DNA of 64,000 bases from an uncultured Spirochaetota bacterium (GCA_963845535.1 CAWJSK010000021.1:1-64000); one strand, 5' to 3'. Counted from the stretch's first letter, positions 48,343 through 58,722 are shown. Translations and numbers: made by a program. The notes: a model not told the origin generated them from the sequence alone.

Positions 48343-48739
48343 TATGCTTGCTGCTGGAGAGGCACTGCTCGATCTTGCCCCGGAGGTGCTCCAGGGGGAC
48401 GGGCTTGGTGAGAACTTCGTCCACCTTCATCCATTCACGCCCGGGGGTGGCCCCTGTTTCAAAGGTGAACCCGACCTTGCGCGGGGCCGCGGTCTGCATG
48501 ATGATGGGGACCTTCCCGAGGCCGGGCAGGTCGCGCACCTTCTTGCAAAACACGAAACCCGAATCGTAATGCTCCATCATGAGGTCCGCAATGATGATGT
48601 CGGGGGCCTTCTCCTTCGCCTTCTGGAGCCCTTCTTCCACCGTCAGCGCCGTCTCGATGACGTAGCCGCTTTTCTCCAAGAAAGCCTTCTGTCCCTCGAT
48701 GAGGTCCGTGTCGTCATCAACGATCAGTATTCGAGCCAC
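48335..48739 (-). CDS. Single-domain response regulator
   Basis: ILIVDDD, ADLMME, LTKPV. Confidence 0.9.
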   Translation of the reverse strand: MARILIVDDDTDLIEGQKAFLEKSGYVIETALTVEEGLQKAKEKAPDIIIADLMMEHYDSGFVFCKKVRDLPGLGKVPIIMQTAAPRKVGFTFETGATPGREWMKVDEVLTKPVPLEHLRGKIEQCLSSSKHNA

Positions 48740-48740
48740 G

Positions 48741-50771
48741 TCATTCCTCCTTGCCCATGCCGCGGGGGGCGCCTTGGGGCGACTCGTGATGGCGAATCCT
48801 CACCGTGAAGCTCGCGCCGCCGCCGGGGTTGTTCGCGGCCTGGATGGTCCCTCCGTGCATCTTCACGATGCCGTAGCAGACCGACAGGCCGAGGCCCGTG
48901 CCCTTCCCGACCTTCTTCGTCGTGAAAAAAGGCGAGAACAGCTTCGGCAGGTTCTCCTGCGGGATTCCGGGGCCTGAGTCGGAGATCGTGACCACGAACT
49001 CCCCTTCCCCGTCCTCGGTGGAAACCTGGATGAGTCCCCCGCCGGGCATGGCTTCCACCGCGTTCTTCAACAGGTTGTCGAAGACCTGGCGCAATTGTCC
49101 GCCGTCCACCCACTGCAGCGGAAGCGATTGGTCCAGCGCGAACTCTATCCGGATTTTCCCGTTTGGTGAAGTTCCCAGGATGCCGCTGGCGGAGCTTTGC
49201 ACGAGCGCATTGATGTCCGTAGCGGTGCGCTCCACCTTCTCCTCCCGGGCGAAGTTCAGGATCCCGCGGACAATGGTGCGAGTGCGCTCCGCCTCCGCAA
49301 TGATGCGGTCCAGGTCTTCGCGGCTCTTGGGGGAAGCTGCGGCGGTCGCGCTCGCGTCAGCCAGCTCCTCCTTGAGCAGATGGGAGTACATGAGGACGAC
49401 GCCAAGCGGGTTGTTGATCTCATGGGCAATGCCGGCGGCCATCTGGCCCATGGAGGCGAGCTTCTCAGCGTGGATCAGCAGGGCCTGGTTCTCCGTGAGG
49501 TCTTTCATGGCCTTCTCGACGCGGGAGATGAGATACGGCAGGCACATCTCCACCTCGGCCTTGCCTCGGTAGACCGCTTCCGCTTTCTGCCGGCAGGAGG
49601 CGTAGCCGCATGCCCCGCAGTTCAGCTCGTCCGCGGCGGTGTTCTTGCCGGTGAGCGCCAGGATCCTCCGTATCTCCTCTTCCGGCGCGGGAACCTCCTC
49701 ACGCACAACGGGGTGGAATCGCGTGGAAAGGTCGATGTCGAGGTAGCTGGAATGCTCTGCGGCCCATTCCTCGATGTCCCGCGTGCACGGCCGGCTTCCG
49801 AGATACTCCACGATGTACTTCTTCCTCTCGTAGAACGTCAGGTCGTTCACCATCACGGGGCCGCCAATGCAGCCCTCACAGAAAAGAAGGTCGAACAGCC
49901 GGTAGGTGGTCTTCTCCCCGCTCTTCACCCTCTCGGAAAGAACGCGCAGGATCTCCATGACCCTGTCCTGTCCCTCGACAACGTACACGGGGCTTTCCAG
50001 GAGGTCGTCTTCTATCGCCGCGGCCTTCAAGAGCCCGCCGGTCACGGGATAGATCCTCCCGAGGTTTGCGTGAGGGGGAGCGAACTCTGCGGGGGACGCG
50101 AAGCGCGGGTCAATGGCGGAATCAGCAAAAAGGTCAACCAGCTCTGAAAACGTGAGGACCGCGTCCACCTCTCCCGAACGCCAGGCCTCCACTTTTTTGG
50201 CGACGCAAGGGCCAATGAAAACGAGCTTTGCCTGCGGATCCACCTTCTGCCTCACGACGCGCGCCGTTGCCTCCATGGGGGAGACGATGGGGGCAAGGTA
50301 CGGCGCCAGCTCGGGAAGCATTTTCTCCACGTACTGGACCACCGCGGGGCAGGGCGTGGAGATGAGGAAATCCTCCGGGTCCCGCTCCAGGAGCGCGTGA
50401 AACGTCTGGTAGTACTGGTACGAGACAAGGTCCGCCCCGAATGCCACCTCCATGACGCCGTCGAACCCCGCGGCAAGCAAGGCGCCCACGAGACGCTCGG
50501 GCGCGAGGTCCAGGAAAGCCGCGGGAAACGAAGGGGCAAGCAGGGCGTACTTGCGCCCCGGCCCGCCCAGGATGGCTTTCACCGAGCCGAGGGAGGAGAC
50601 GACGCGCTTGGCCCCCTGGGAGCAGACGTTCACGCAGTAGCCGCAGGAGATGCAGAAGTCTTCAATGATCTCAGCCTGCCCACCGCGGACCTGGAGGGCC
50701 TTGGTGGGACAGGACCGCACGCAGGAGTAGCACTTCTTGCAAATCTCTCCGACGGTATATACCGAGACCAT
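48741..50771 (-). CDS. Sensory [FeFe]-hydrogenase-like domain fused to a histidine kinase (group C, kinase-linked)
   Basis: N-terminal 2x[4Fe-4S] motifs. H-domain variants STPCPAVV, GPCVAKKVE, DLLFCEGCIGG. FeS domain LNCGACGYASC..MCLP. Then GIAHEINNPL, NAVEA, DSGPGI, GKGTGLGLS. Confidence 0.9.
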   Translation of the reverse strand: MVSVYTVGEICKKCYSCVRSCPTKALQVRGGQAEIIEDFCISCGYCVNVCSQGAKRVVSSLGSVKAILGGPGRKYALLAPSFPAAFLDLAPERLVGALLAAGFDGVMEVAFGADLVSYQYYQTFHALLERDPEDFLISTPCPAVVQYVEKMLPELAPYLAPIVSPMEATARVVRQKVDPQAKLVFIGPCVAKKVEAWRSGEVDAVLTFSELVDLFADSAIDPRFASPAEFAPPHANLGRIYPVTGGLLKAAAIEDDLLESPVYVVEGQDRVMEILRVLSERVKSGEKTTYRLFDLLFCEGCIGGPVMVNDLTFYERKKYIVEYLGSRPCTRDIEEWAAEHSSYLDIDLSTRFHPVVREEVPAPEEEIRRILALTGKNTAADELNCGACGYASCRQKAEAVYRGKAEVEMCLPYLISRVEKAMKDLTENQALLIHAEKLASMGQMAAGIAHEINNPLGVVLMYSHLLKEELADASATAAASPKSREDLDRIIAEAERTRTIVRGILNFAREEKVERTATDINALVQSSASGILGTSPNGKIRIEFALDQSLPLQWVDGGQLRQVFDNLLKNAVEAMPGGGLIQVSTEDGEGEFVVTISDSGPGIPQENLPKLFSPFFTTKKVGKGTGLGLSVCYGIVKMHGGTIQAANNPGGGASFTVRIRHHESPQGAPRGMGKEE

Positions 50772-50777
50772 GGGTTC

Positions 50778-52502
50778 CTACGTTTTTGCCCCTCGGGGCG
50801 CATAACCGGTGTGCAACAGCTCGTGGGCCTTGTGAGACCCCGGCTTCTCGAAGAACTCCTTGTAGACCGCGGTGATTGCCGGGTTCTTGTACGACATGCG
50901 TACCGTCCGAGCCTTGTCCAGAGAGTAGATCGACTTGATCCTCTCCGCAATCCTCTGGGGATCATAGCCGAACATCTGGCCGCCTCCACCCGCGCACCCG
51001 CCCGGACAGGCCATGATCTCGATGAAGTCCCACGGCGCGTCTCCCGCTTTCACGCGCTCCGCGATCACCTTGGCGTTGGACAGCCGGTTCGCAATGGCGA
51101 TCCGCAGCGTTGTGTCCCCCACCTCCACCGTGGCTTCCTTCACCCCTGCCATGCCGCGCACGTCCTCGAAATCGACCTTGGCAAGGTCCTTGCCGGTGAG
51201 CAAGTGGTACGCGGTGCGCAATGCGGACTCCATGACGCCGCCCGAGGCGGCGAAGATGTCCCCTGATCCCGTGGGCGCCCCGAACGGGCGGTCGTACTCT
51301 TCATCCGCGAGGCTTGCGAACTCGATCCCGTAGATCTGCATCATTCTGTTGAACTGCCGCGTCGTAAGGACGGCATCAACGTCCGCCAGGCCCTCCTCGG
51401 AGGAAAGCTCAGGGCGCGACGCCTCGAACTTCTTTGCCGTGCACGGCATGACGGAAACGACGAAGATGTCCTTGGGATCAATGTTCTGCTTCTGCGCGAG
51501 GTAGCTCTTGATGGTGGCGCCCATCATCTCCTGAGGGCTCTTGCACGTGGAGATCCGCGGCAGGAGCTCGGGGTAGTAGTGCTCCGCATACTTGACCCAT
51601 GCGGGGCAGCAGGAGGTGAACATGGGCAGCTTCTCTCCCTTTCTGATCTTGTTCACCAGCTCGGTGCCTTCCTCCATGATCGTGAGGTCCGCGGCAAAGT
51701 CCGTGTCGAAGACCTGGCGGAATCCCATGCGCCGCAGCGCCGCGGCCACTTTGCCCGTGACGTTGGCTCCTGGCTGCAGGCCGTAGAAGTCACCAAGGGA
51801 GACCCTGATAGCCGGCGCCACCTGGGCCACGATGTACTTCTTCCCTTCCTGCATTGTCATCATGACCTTCTCCACCGCGCGCACCTCGTGCAGCGCCCCG
51901 GTAGGGCAGGCAAGCGTGCACTGGCCGCAGTTCACGCAGGTCGTCTCGGAGAGGTCCTTCTCGAAAGGAGGCAGCACCATGGTGTCGAACCCCCGGCGCG
52001 TGAAGTCGATGGCGGCAACGCCCTGGATCTCCTCACAGATGCGCACGCACCTTCCGCAGAGGATGCACTTGTCGGGCTCCCGAATGATGGAGGGGGAGGA
52101 GAAGTCGGTGTAGTGATGCCGCGTCTTGCCCTGGAAAGGCACCCTGTCTATGCCGTACTCGGACGAGAGGGACTGCAGCTCGCAGAACCCGTTCTTGGGG
52201 CACGTGAGGCAGTCGAACGGATGGCTTGCGAGGAGAAGCTCGATGATGGTCCGCCGCGCCGTGATGACGCGGGGGCTCCTGGTCTGGATCTCCATCCCCT
52301 CCTCAGCAGGGAACGCGCAGGACGGCGTGAGGTTCGGCTTGCCTTTGACTTCGACCACGCACATCCTGCAGGCGCCGCTGGGGAACACTTCCTTGATGTG
52401 GCACAGGGTCGGGATCTTCTCCCCGGCGCTCTGGGCCGCATCCAGGATGGAGCAGCCGGGTTTGGCCTGAATCTTTCTATTGTTGATGGTCAGATTGATC
52501 AT
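50778..52502 (-). CDS. hydA: [FeFe]-hydrogenase catalytic subunit (group A3)
   Basis: FTSCCPAW, MPCTAKKFE and EIMACPGGCAGGGG H-cluster motifs. N-terminal 2Fe-2S, His-ligated 4Fe-4S and 2x4Fe-4S domains. Confidence 0.95.
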   Translation of the reverse strand: MINLTINNRKIQAKPGCSILDAAQSAGEKIPTLCHIKEVFPSGACRMCVVEVKGKPNLTPSCAFPAEEGMEIQTRSPRVITARRTIIELLLASHPFDCLTCPKNGFCELQSLSSEYGIDRVPFQGKTRHHYTDFSSPSIIREPDKCILCGRCVRICEEIQGVAAIDFTRRGFDTMVLPPFEKDLSETTCVNCGQCTLACPTGALHEVRAVEKVMMTMQEGKKYIVAQVAPAIRVSLGDFYGLQPGANVTGKVAAALRRMGFRQVFDTDFAADLTIMEEGTELVNKIRKGEKLPMFTSCCPAWVKYAEHYYPELLPRISTCKSPQEMMGATIKSYLAQKQNIDPKDIFVVSVMPCTAKKFEASRPELSSEEGLADVDAVLTTRQFNRMMQIYGIEFASLADEEYDRPFGAPTGSGDIFAASGGVMESALRTAYHLLTGKDLAKVDFEDVRGMAGVKEATVEVGDTTLRIAIANRLSNAKVIAERVKAGDAPWDFIEIMACPGGCAGGGGQMFGYDPQRIAERIKSIYSLDKARTVRMSYKNPAITAVYKEFFEKPGSHKAHELLHTGYAPRGAKT

Positions 52503-52528
52503 GTTTTCGCCTTTCGCCATCCCTGGCT

Positions 52529-54352
52529 TCAGCTCACCAGCACCGAATCGAAGCGGCACACGTCGCGGCACGTGCCGCACCTGATGCACTTCTCATCCAC
52601 GATGTAGTGCGCTTTCTTCTTCTCCCCGACGATCGCCCCCGTGGGGCACTTCTTTGCGCACAGCGTGCAGCCCGTGCAAGCGTTCGTGTCGATGGTGAAC
52701 GTGAGCAAGCCCTTGCACTGGTGGGCCGGGCACTTCCTGTCGTAGATGTGGGCGTCGTACTCGCTCTTGAAGAACCGAAGCGTGGAGAGAACGGGGTTGG
52801 GAGCCGACTGCCCAAGGCCGCACAGCGAGGTATCCTTGATCACCTGGGCCAGGCTTTCCATGTTGAGCACCCTGTTGAAGCGCAGGAGGTTCGCCTCCTC
52901 TCCGCCCATCTTCGAATAGGGGGAGACGATGGAATCCAGCACCTCATACAGGCGCTGTGTCCCCTCTCTGCAAGGAATGCACTTGCCGCAGGACTCCGAG
53001 GTGATGAAGCTGAGGAAGTAGCGGGCCATGTCCACCATGCACGTGTCCTGGTCCATGACCACGAGGCCTCCCGACCCCATGATCGTGCCCAGCGTCTTCA
53101 GGGACTCGTAGTCGATCTGCGTGTCCAGGTGCTGCGCGGGAATGCACCCGCCCGAAGGGCCGCCGATCTGCACGGCCTTGAACTCCTTGCCGTCGGGGAT
53201 GCCGCCGCCGATGTCGAAGACGATCTCCCGAAGCGTCATGCCCATGGGCACCTCGACGAGCCCCGTGTTCACGACCTTGCCGGTAAGCGCGAAGACCTTC
53301 GTGCCTTTGGACGTTGCGGTCCCCATGGCCGCAAATGATTCCGCCCCTTCCCGCATGATGTGGGAGACGTTCGCCATGGTTTCGACGTTGTTGACGATGG
53401 TCGGCTTCTGGAAGAGCCCCGCGACGGAGGGGAACGGCGGGCGGGGCCGCGGCATGCCGCGCCGGCCTTCCACCGACGCCATGAGAGCGGTCTCTTCGCC
53501 GCAGACGAACGCGCCCGCGCCTTTCTTCACCCGCAGCTTGAACGGGAACCCGCTTTGCCCGACAGCCTTTTCCAGGAGGCCCTCGGCCTTGAGGACCTGG
53601 ATTGCCTTGTTGATCCGTTCGATTGCCAGCGGGTACTCGGCCCGACAATAGATGATGCCTTCATCCGCGCCAATGGCATACCCGGCAATCATCATGCCTT
53701 CCAGCACCGAATAGACGTCCCCCTCGAGGATGGACCTGTCCATGAAAGCGCCCGGGTCTCCTTCATCCGCGTTGCAGATCACGTACTTCTTGGCGTTCTT
53801 CTCCCGCAGCGCGAGCTCCCACTTCTTGCCGGTGAGGAAGCCGCTCCCGCCCCTTCCGCGAAGTCCGGACTTCGTGATCTCCTGGATGACTTCGGCCTGG
53901 CTCATGGAGAGCGCCCTCTCGAATCCCTTGAACCCGCCGCAGGAGCGGTAGTCTGCAATGGATTCGGGGTCTATCACGCCGCAGTTGCGCAGGACGTATT
54001 TCACCTGTTTCCTGAAGTACGGGTGCTCATTGAGCATCGGAATGCCGGGCAAGGGCTCCTTGCCGTTCTTGAACTGCCCCAGGAGACCGTCGAGCTTGTA
54101 GTTCTTGCGAACGAAGACTTCGTCCAGGATGAAGCCCGCGACGTCCGGGGTGACGTTGCTGTAGGAGATCCGGTAGCCCGAATCCGTCACCACGTCCATG
54201 ATGGGCTCCGCCTTGCAGTAGCCAATGCACCCGGTGGGAGTGATCTGGATGGATTTTCCGCGCGCCGCCGCCCATTTCTCCACCGCGGTCTTCACCTGGC
54301 CGGCGCCGGTGGCGAGGCCGCACGTGCCCATCCCGATGAAAACCTTGCTCAT
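52529..54352 (-). CDS. hydB: NADH/FMN-binding hydrogenase subunit (NuoF-like)
   Basis: GLRGRGG, NADEGDPGAFMD, GAFVCGEET, GGPSGG, SCGKC.PCREG, C-terminal 2x4Fe-4S. Confidence 0.93.
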   Translation of the reverse strand: MSKVFIGMGTCGLATGAGQVKTAVEKWAAARGKSIQITPTGCIGYCKAEPIMDVVTDSGYRISYSNVTPDVAGFILDEVFVRKNYKLDGLLGQFKNGKEPLPGIPMLNEHPYFRKQVKYVLRNCGVIDPESIADYRSCGGFKGFERALSMSQAEVIQEITKSGLRGRGGSGFLTGKKWELALREKNAKKYVICNADEGDPGAFMDRSILEGDVYSVLEGMMIAGYAIGADEGIIYCRAEYPLAIERINKAIQVLKAEGLLEKAVGQSGFPFKLRVKKGAGAFVCGEETALMASVEGRRGMPRPRPPFPSVAGLFQKPTIVNNVETMANVSHIMREGAESFAAMGTATSKGTKVFALTGKVVNTGLVEVPMGMTLREIVFDIGGGIPDGKEFKAVQIGGPSGGCIPAQHLDTQIDYESLKTLGTIMGSGGLVVMDQDTCMVDMARYFLSFITSESCGKCIPCREGTQRLYEVLDSIVSPYSKMGGEEANLLRFNRVLNMESLAQVIKDTSLCGLGQSAPNPVLSTLRFFKSEYDAHIYDRKCPAHQCKGLLTFTIDTNACTGCTLCAKKCPTGAIVGEKKKAHYIVDEKCIRCGTCRDVCRFDSVLVS

Positions 54353-54834
54353 TCCTCCACCCTCCCCGCGGCGCGGAACTTCTCAATCAGCGTTTCCAGC
54401 TTCTTCTTGTCCAGCCGCCCGAAGAACTTCCCGTTGGCCATGATCACGGGCGCGATTGAGCAGCACCCGACGCACGCAACGGTCTCGAGGGAGAAGAGGC
54501 CGTCTTTCGTCGTCTCTCCCACGTCGATGCCGAGGAGCGTCTTCACGGAGTCCAGCAGGCCGAGGGAGCCTTTCACGTGGCACGCGGTCCCCCTGCACAC
54601 GGAGACCCGGATCTTGCCCGGCGCGCTCAGGCGGAACTGGTTGTAGAACGTGGCGACACCGAAGATTTTCGATGACGGAAGCCCCAGGTAGCCGGAGATC
54701 CGATCGATGCTTTCCCTCGACAGATAGCCGTACTCTTCCTGGACTTCCTGCAGGATCGAGATGAGGTGCTCACGCTGCGCTGGATACCGGGCCACCACCT
54801 CATCGATGCTTCTCTTCTGTTGAGTTGCTTCCAT
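54349..54834 (-). CDS. hydC: 2Fe-2S hydrogenase subunit (NuoE-like)
   Basis: VATFYNQF, CRGTACH, ACVGCCSIAP. GAAGGAG RBS. Confidence 0.93.
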   Translation of the reverse strand: MEATQQKRSIDEVVARYPAQREHLISILQEVQEEYGYLSRESIDRISGYLGLPSSKIFGVATFYNQFRLSAPGKIRVSVCRGTACHVKGSLGLLDSVKTLLGIDVGETTKDGLFSLETVACVGCCSIAPVIMANGKFFGRLDKKKLETLIEKFRAAGRVEE

Positions 54835-54885
54835 GACATCTCCTTCAGAACCGTTGCAAGCTCCCAAACACAGGGATTTTCTAAA

Positions 54886-54903
54886 TAGTGATTTTATTCA
54901 CTA
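54886..54903. promoter_or_regulatory. Rex-like operator upstream of hydC
   Basis: TAGTGA-N6-TCACTA palindrome resembling TTGTGAA-N4-TTCACAA. A minus-strand TTGACA lies at 54931-54936. Confidence 0.6.
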
Positions 54904-55113
54904 TAAATGAATACCTTGTCGTGAAGTAAATGTCAATATACCCGAAAACGAATCTTTTGCAATTGCAATTAAGCTATAATTGATCAGCACCTAATATATC
55001 AGGATGCTTCGAGCTAAAAGCTCCAAAAAATTAATTGACCCGATGGCATTATCTGCTACAATCGTAGATAACTCCTTGCAGCAAAATTCCACCCAGACCG
55101 AGGAGGGCTAGTC

Positions 55114-56427
55114 ATGGCAGCGAGAAGCATCTCGATCAAGACAAGAATAACTCTCACCCTCGTGCTCCTGCCGCTGGCGTCGCTTATCGTCGTCGGGGCA
55201 ATTGCGCTTTTCCAGAATCGTGACTCGCTGAGCGCGCAGGCGCAGAGCAACCTGGAACGCATCGTCAAGGAGAAAACGGTCGCCTACGACCACATTTTCG
55301 AAAGGGTCCAGGATGAGGTTCGAGCCGCCGCGGATTTCGCCTCCCTCACCTATGAGTCACCGCTCCCCACAACCAGCCAGCCGCGCAGGGTGCTCATGCC
55401 GTGGACGGGAACCGGCTACGGGAACCCGGACCTCCGCCGTTCGTTGAACGGGGACGTGCTCCGCCTCCAGGTGATCGGCCAGGTCCTCCAGACCCTCGTG
55501 GCGAACAATCCCTACCTGACCCTTGGCTACATGGGCACCGAGAGCGGCGTCACCGTGTTCGACAAAGAGAAGACCGTGGACGTCATCGAGGCCATCCACG
55601 GGTTCGACCCGCGCACCCGGCCGTGGTACACCTCGGCAAAGGAAGCGGGCCGTCCGGTCTGGACCGAGTTGTACGTGGACGCAAACACGAAGAGGCTCAC
55701 CGTGACCGCGGCCGCGCCCGTGCGCGGCGCCTCGGGAGAGTTCTTGGGCGTGGTTGGCATGGACGTGCTTCTGGAAACGCTGCAGAGGGACATCCTTACC
55801 ATCGACATCGGGTACGCCAACGAACCCTTCATGATCGACTCGCAGGGTAAAGTGATCCTGCGCCGCGGCATGGATGAAAAAGGGACTGCGTGGGACAGGA
55901 CGTACAAAACGGACAACCTGCTCATGGACCCCAACACGGCTTTCACGGCGATCATCCATCGGATGGTGGCCAGCCAATCGGGGATCGAAAACTACCGGGA
56001 GAGCAACGGAACAATGAGCGTCCTGGCCTTTGCCCCCATCCTCACGGTGGGCTCCAGCCTGGGGGTGATCGTGCCGGCATCTGAGATCGTGAAGCCGGTG
56101 CAGGACAGCGGCAAGCTCCTCATCATCGTGCTCGCCATCTTCGTCGTCCTTGCGGTCGGCATGGGGCTCCTCCTGGCAAACCAGGTCACCGGGCCCATCG
56201 AGGAGCTCACGATCCTCGTGGACAAGGCCAGCAAAGGGCTCGTGGAAATGGATGAGATCCCGATCCGCCGAATGGACGAGGTAGGAGTGCTCGCGCAGTC
56301 CTTCAACCGCATGGTTGCCAACCTGGGAACGGTCATCCGCGAGATGGAGCAGAAGACATCCGCCAAGGAAGAGCCTTCCAAGGAATCCTTCAAGGATGTG
56401 ACGCTGGAAGAGGCGGACGAGACATGA
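55114..56427 (+). CDS. Membrane sensor TM-dCache-TM-HAMP with no output domain
   Basis: FDPRTRPWY, WTELYVD, GVVGMD Cache motifs. HAMP RMDEVGVLAQSFNRM followed only by a short charged tail. Confidence 0.85.
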   Translation: MAARSISIKTRITLTLVLLPLASLIVVGAIALFQNRDSLSAQAQSNLERIVKEKTVAYDHIFERVQDEVRAAADFASLTYESPLPTTSQPRRVLMPWTGTGYGNPDLRRSLNGDVLRLQVIGQVLQTLVANNPYLTLGYMGTESGVTVFDKEKTVDVIEAIHGFDPRTRPWYTSAKEAGRPVWTELYVDANTKRLTVTAAAPVRGASGEFLGVVGMDVLLETLQRDILTIDIGYANEPFMIDSQGKVILRRGMDEKGTAWDRTYKTDNLLMDPNTAFTAIIHRMVASQSGIENYRESNGTMSVLAFAPILTVGSSLGVIVPASEIVKPVQDSGKLLIIVLAIFVVLAVGMGLLLANQVTGPIEELTILVDKASKGLVEMDEIPIRRMDEVGVLAQSFNRMVANLGTVIREMEQKTSAKEEPSKESFKDVTLEEADET

Positions 56428-58337
56428 ACTTTTCCATCCTCTGGGCGAAGCTTTTCCCCTCCCTGGCCCTGCTGGGGATGCTGACCGCACTGTCGCGCTC
56501 ACGAAAGTTCCCCGGGGCCGCGCCGTTGTTCGCTCTCTTCTCGCTCCTTGTTGCCCGTGACATCGCCTTCAGTTTCTTTCCTCACCCGCTGCTGATCCCC
56601 CTTTCGGACATTGCGGTCCTTGCGCTGCTCCTGGCCTGGTCACGCATGGCCACGGAGAAATGGCCGGCGGACAGGATCTACTTGGGACTGAACGCCGTCC
56701 TCCTCGCGGCGGGGATATTCCTTGCCGTTGTCCCCGTCATTGCCCTGAGCTCGTTCGACGTCGGTCTCCTTCTCCTCGCGGACCTCGTGTACATCGCCAT
56801 TGCGCTGGGGCTGGTGTCCACCTACACGGCGCACAATGTGCCCCTGGTGTCTCAGACGAGGTTCCTCCTCGTATCAGTGCTCTTCGTGTCCCACGTCGTC
56901 ACGCTTCTGTACGGCTATAATTACACGTGGATCCATTGGATCGTCCTTCCCCCGACCTACATGGCCTTCCTCTCCATTCTCCTGACCACCGAGCGTTTCG
57001 AACGCGCTGAGCTGGAAAGGTCCATCCAGTTCTACTCATCGAGCCTGGATTCCACCTATGATTTCATGGAGAACCTCGGCGGCGCCATCACGGCCAAGAT
57101 CGACTTGCCGCGCGTCATGGAGATCATCATCGACTCCGCCGTGCACAGCATTGGGGCGGACTCCGGTGCCATCCTCATGGTGGACGAATACCAGGACGTG
57201 CTGCGCGTGCGCGCCACCTACGGGATATACCCGCCGCTCCTGGAGGTGCCGGAAATCGTCAAAGTCAAGGCGAGCAGCCTGAAACAATACTTCAACGACA
57301 CGCCCATCCCCATCGGCCAGACCGTGCTGGGAGAGGCGGTCAAGAGCGGGATGGCCATCATGATCCGGGACTGCCGCGAAGATCCCCGATTGCAGCAGAA
57401 CAACCGGGACGACATCCTTTTCGTGAGCTCCCTCGTTGCCATCCCGCTGGTGGTCGGCAACCGTGTCCTGGGAGTGATCTCCGCCCTCAAGCGCGCGGCC
57501 AATCAGTACTTCACGGACGAAGACTTCCAGCACCTCAAGACCTTCGCGGACTACGCCTCCATAACGATCGACAACCTCTACACGTATCTGGAAGTTCTGG
57601 AAAAACGGCAAATGGAGCGCGAGGTCGACATTGCGGCGCAGATCCAGAGGCGCCTCCTGCCCGCCCAGGTTCCCACCTTTTCCAAGGCAACCCTCGCGGT
57701 GCACAGCGTGCCGGCTCACGGAGTGAGCGGGGACTACTACGACATCATCCCGCTGGACGGGGACAAGGTGGCGCTGGTCATCTGCGACGTGGCGGGGAAA
57801 GGCATCCCGGCAGCCATGGTGATGGTGATGATCCGCTCCATCGTGCATCTCCTTGTGACCCCCGGAAGGGACGCGGCCACAACCCTCACGGAGATCAACC
57901 AGGGCATCACCGGCCGAATCGAGATTGACCATTTTGCCACCATTGCCATCCTCATCTACGACCAGGGTCGACGGGAGGCGCAGTACGCAAACGCCGCCCA
58001 TCTTCCCCTCATGGTGTACCGTCACAGCACGGGCACCCTTGCCAAGCTGGACGCAAAGGGGCTACCAATTGGGGTGGAGCGGGAAGCAGCCTACGAGCAG
58101 AAGCGCCTGCGGGTGGAGCCCGGGGATATGCTCGTGCTCTGTACGGACGGGATCATAGAGGCAATGAACGCGGACGGCCAGCAGTACACCCTGGGACGCC
58201 TCAAGAGCGTCATAGAGAAGGATGCTGCCGGCGGCGCGGACAAGCTCGTGCAAGCCATCCGGGATGACGTCGGCCTTCACGTCGCAGGGGCGCGCCAGCA
58301 TGATGACCAGACCCTCATGCTCCTGCAGATTCGCTGA
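56424..58337 (+). CDS. Membrane GAF + SpoIIE/PP2C phosphatase (RsbU-like)
   Basis: Multi-TM N-terminus, GAF, AAQIQ..LLP, VSGDYYD, DVAGKG, TDGIIEA, QHDDQT. Confidence 0.92.
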   Translation: MNFSILWAKLFPSLALLGMLTALSRSRKFPGAAPLFALFSLLVARDIAFSFFPHPLLIPLSDIAVLALLLAWSRMATEKWPADRIYLGLNAVLLAAGIFLAVVPVIALSSFDVGLLLLADLVYIAIALGLVSTYTAHNVPLVSQTRFLLVSVLFVSHVVTLLYGYNYTWIHWIVLPPTYMAFLSILLTTERFERAELERSIQFYSSSLDSTYDFMENLGGAITAKIDLPRVMEIIIDSAVHSIGADSGAILMVDEYQDVLRVRATYGIYPPLLEVPEIVKVKASSLKQYFNDTPIPIGQTVLGEAVKSGMAIMIRDCREDPRLQQNNRDDILFVSSLVAIPLVVGNRVLGVISALKRAANQYFTDEDFQHLKTFADYASITIDNLYTYLEVLEKRQMEREVDIAAQIQRRLLPAQVPTFSKATLAVHSVPAHGVSGDYYDIIPLDGDKVALVICDVAGKGIPAAMVMVMIRSIVHLLVTPGRDAATTLTEINQGITGRIEIDHFATIAILIYDQGRREAQYANAAHLPLMVYRHSTGTLAKLDAKGLPIGVEREAAYEQKRLRVEPGDMLVLCTDGIIEAMNADGQQYTLGRLKSVIEKDAAGGADKLVQAIRDDVGLHVAGARQHDDQTLMLLQIR

Positions 58338-58377
58338 AGAGGCCGGCTAGAAAGGGCGGGTTCGAGTGAACTCAGTA

Positions 58378-58722
58378 ATGGAACTGAAGTTGCGCAAGGC
58401 GGGGCCCATTTACGTCATCGACGTGGTCGGGGAGATGGACCTGTACAACGCTTTCAAGCTCAAGGACCTCGTCAGGAAGATGATCGACAGCAACGTGGGG
58501 AGCTTCATCCTCAACCTGGAACAGGTCGGGTACATGGACTCCAGCGGCATTGGCGCGCTCCTCTACGTGCACTCGGAGTTGAAGAAGAAAGGCCTCCCCC
58601 TGCGCATCACGGGGGTGACGGGCAGCGTCCGAAAGGTCATCGAGCTGACCAAGCTCATGGAGTATTTCCCCATTGTCGTGGACCTGAACACGGCCCTGCA
58701 GCAGCTGAAGCCGAAGGTCTAG
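58378..58722 (+). CDS. STAS anti-anti-sigma factor (RsbV/SpoIIAA-like)
   Basis: GEMDLYNA and YMDSSGIGAL phospho-Ser motif. Alternative GTG start at 58366. Confidence 0.92.
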   Translation: MELKLRKAGPIYVIDVVGEMDLYNAFKLKDLVRKMIDSNVGSFILNLEQVGYMDSSGIGALLYVHSELKKKGLPLRITGVTGSVRKVIELTKLMEYFPIVVDLNTALQQLKPKV

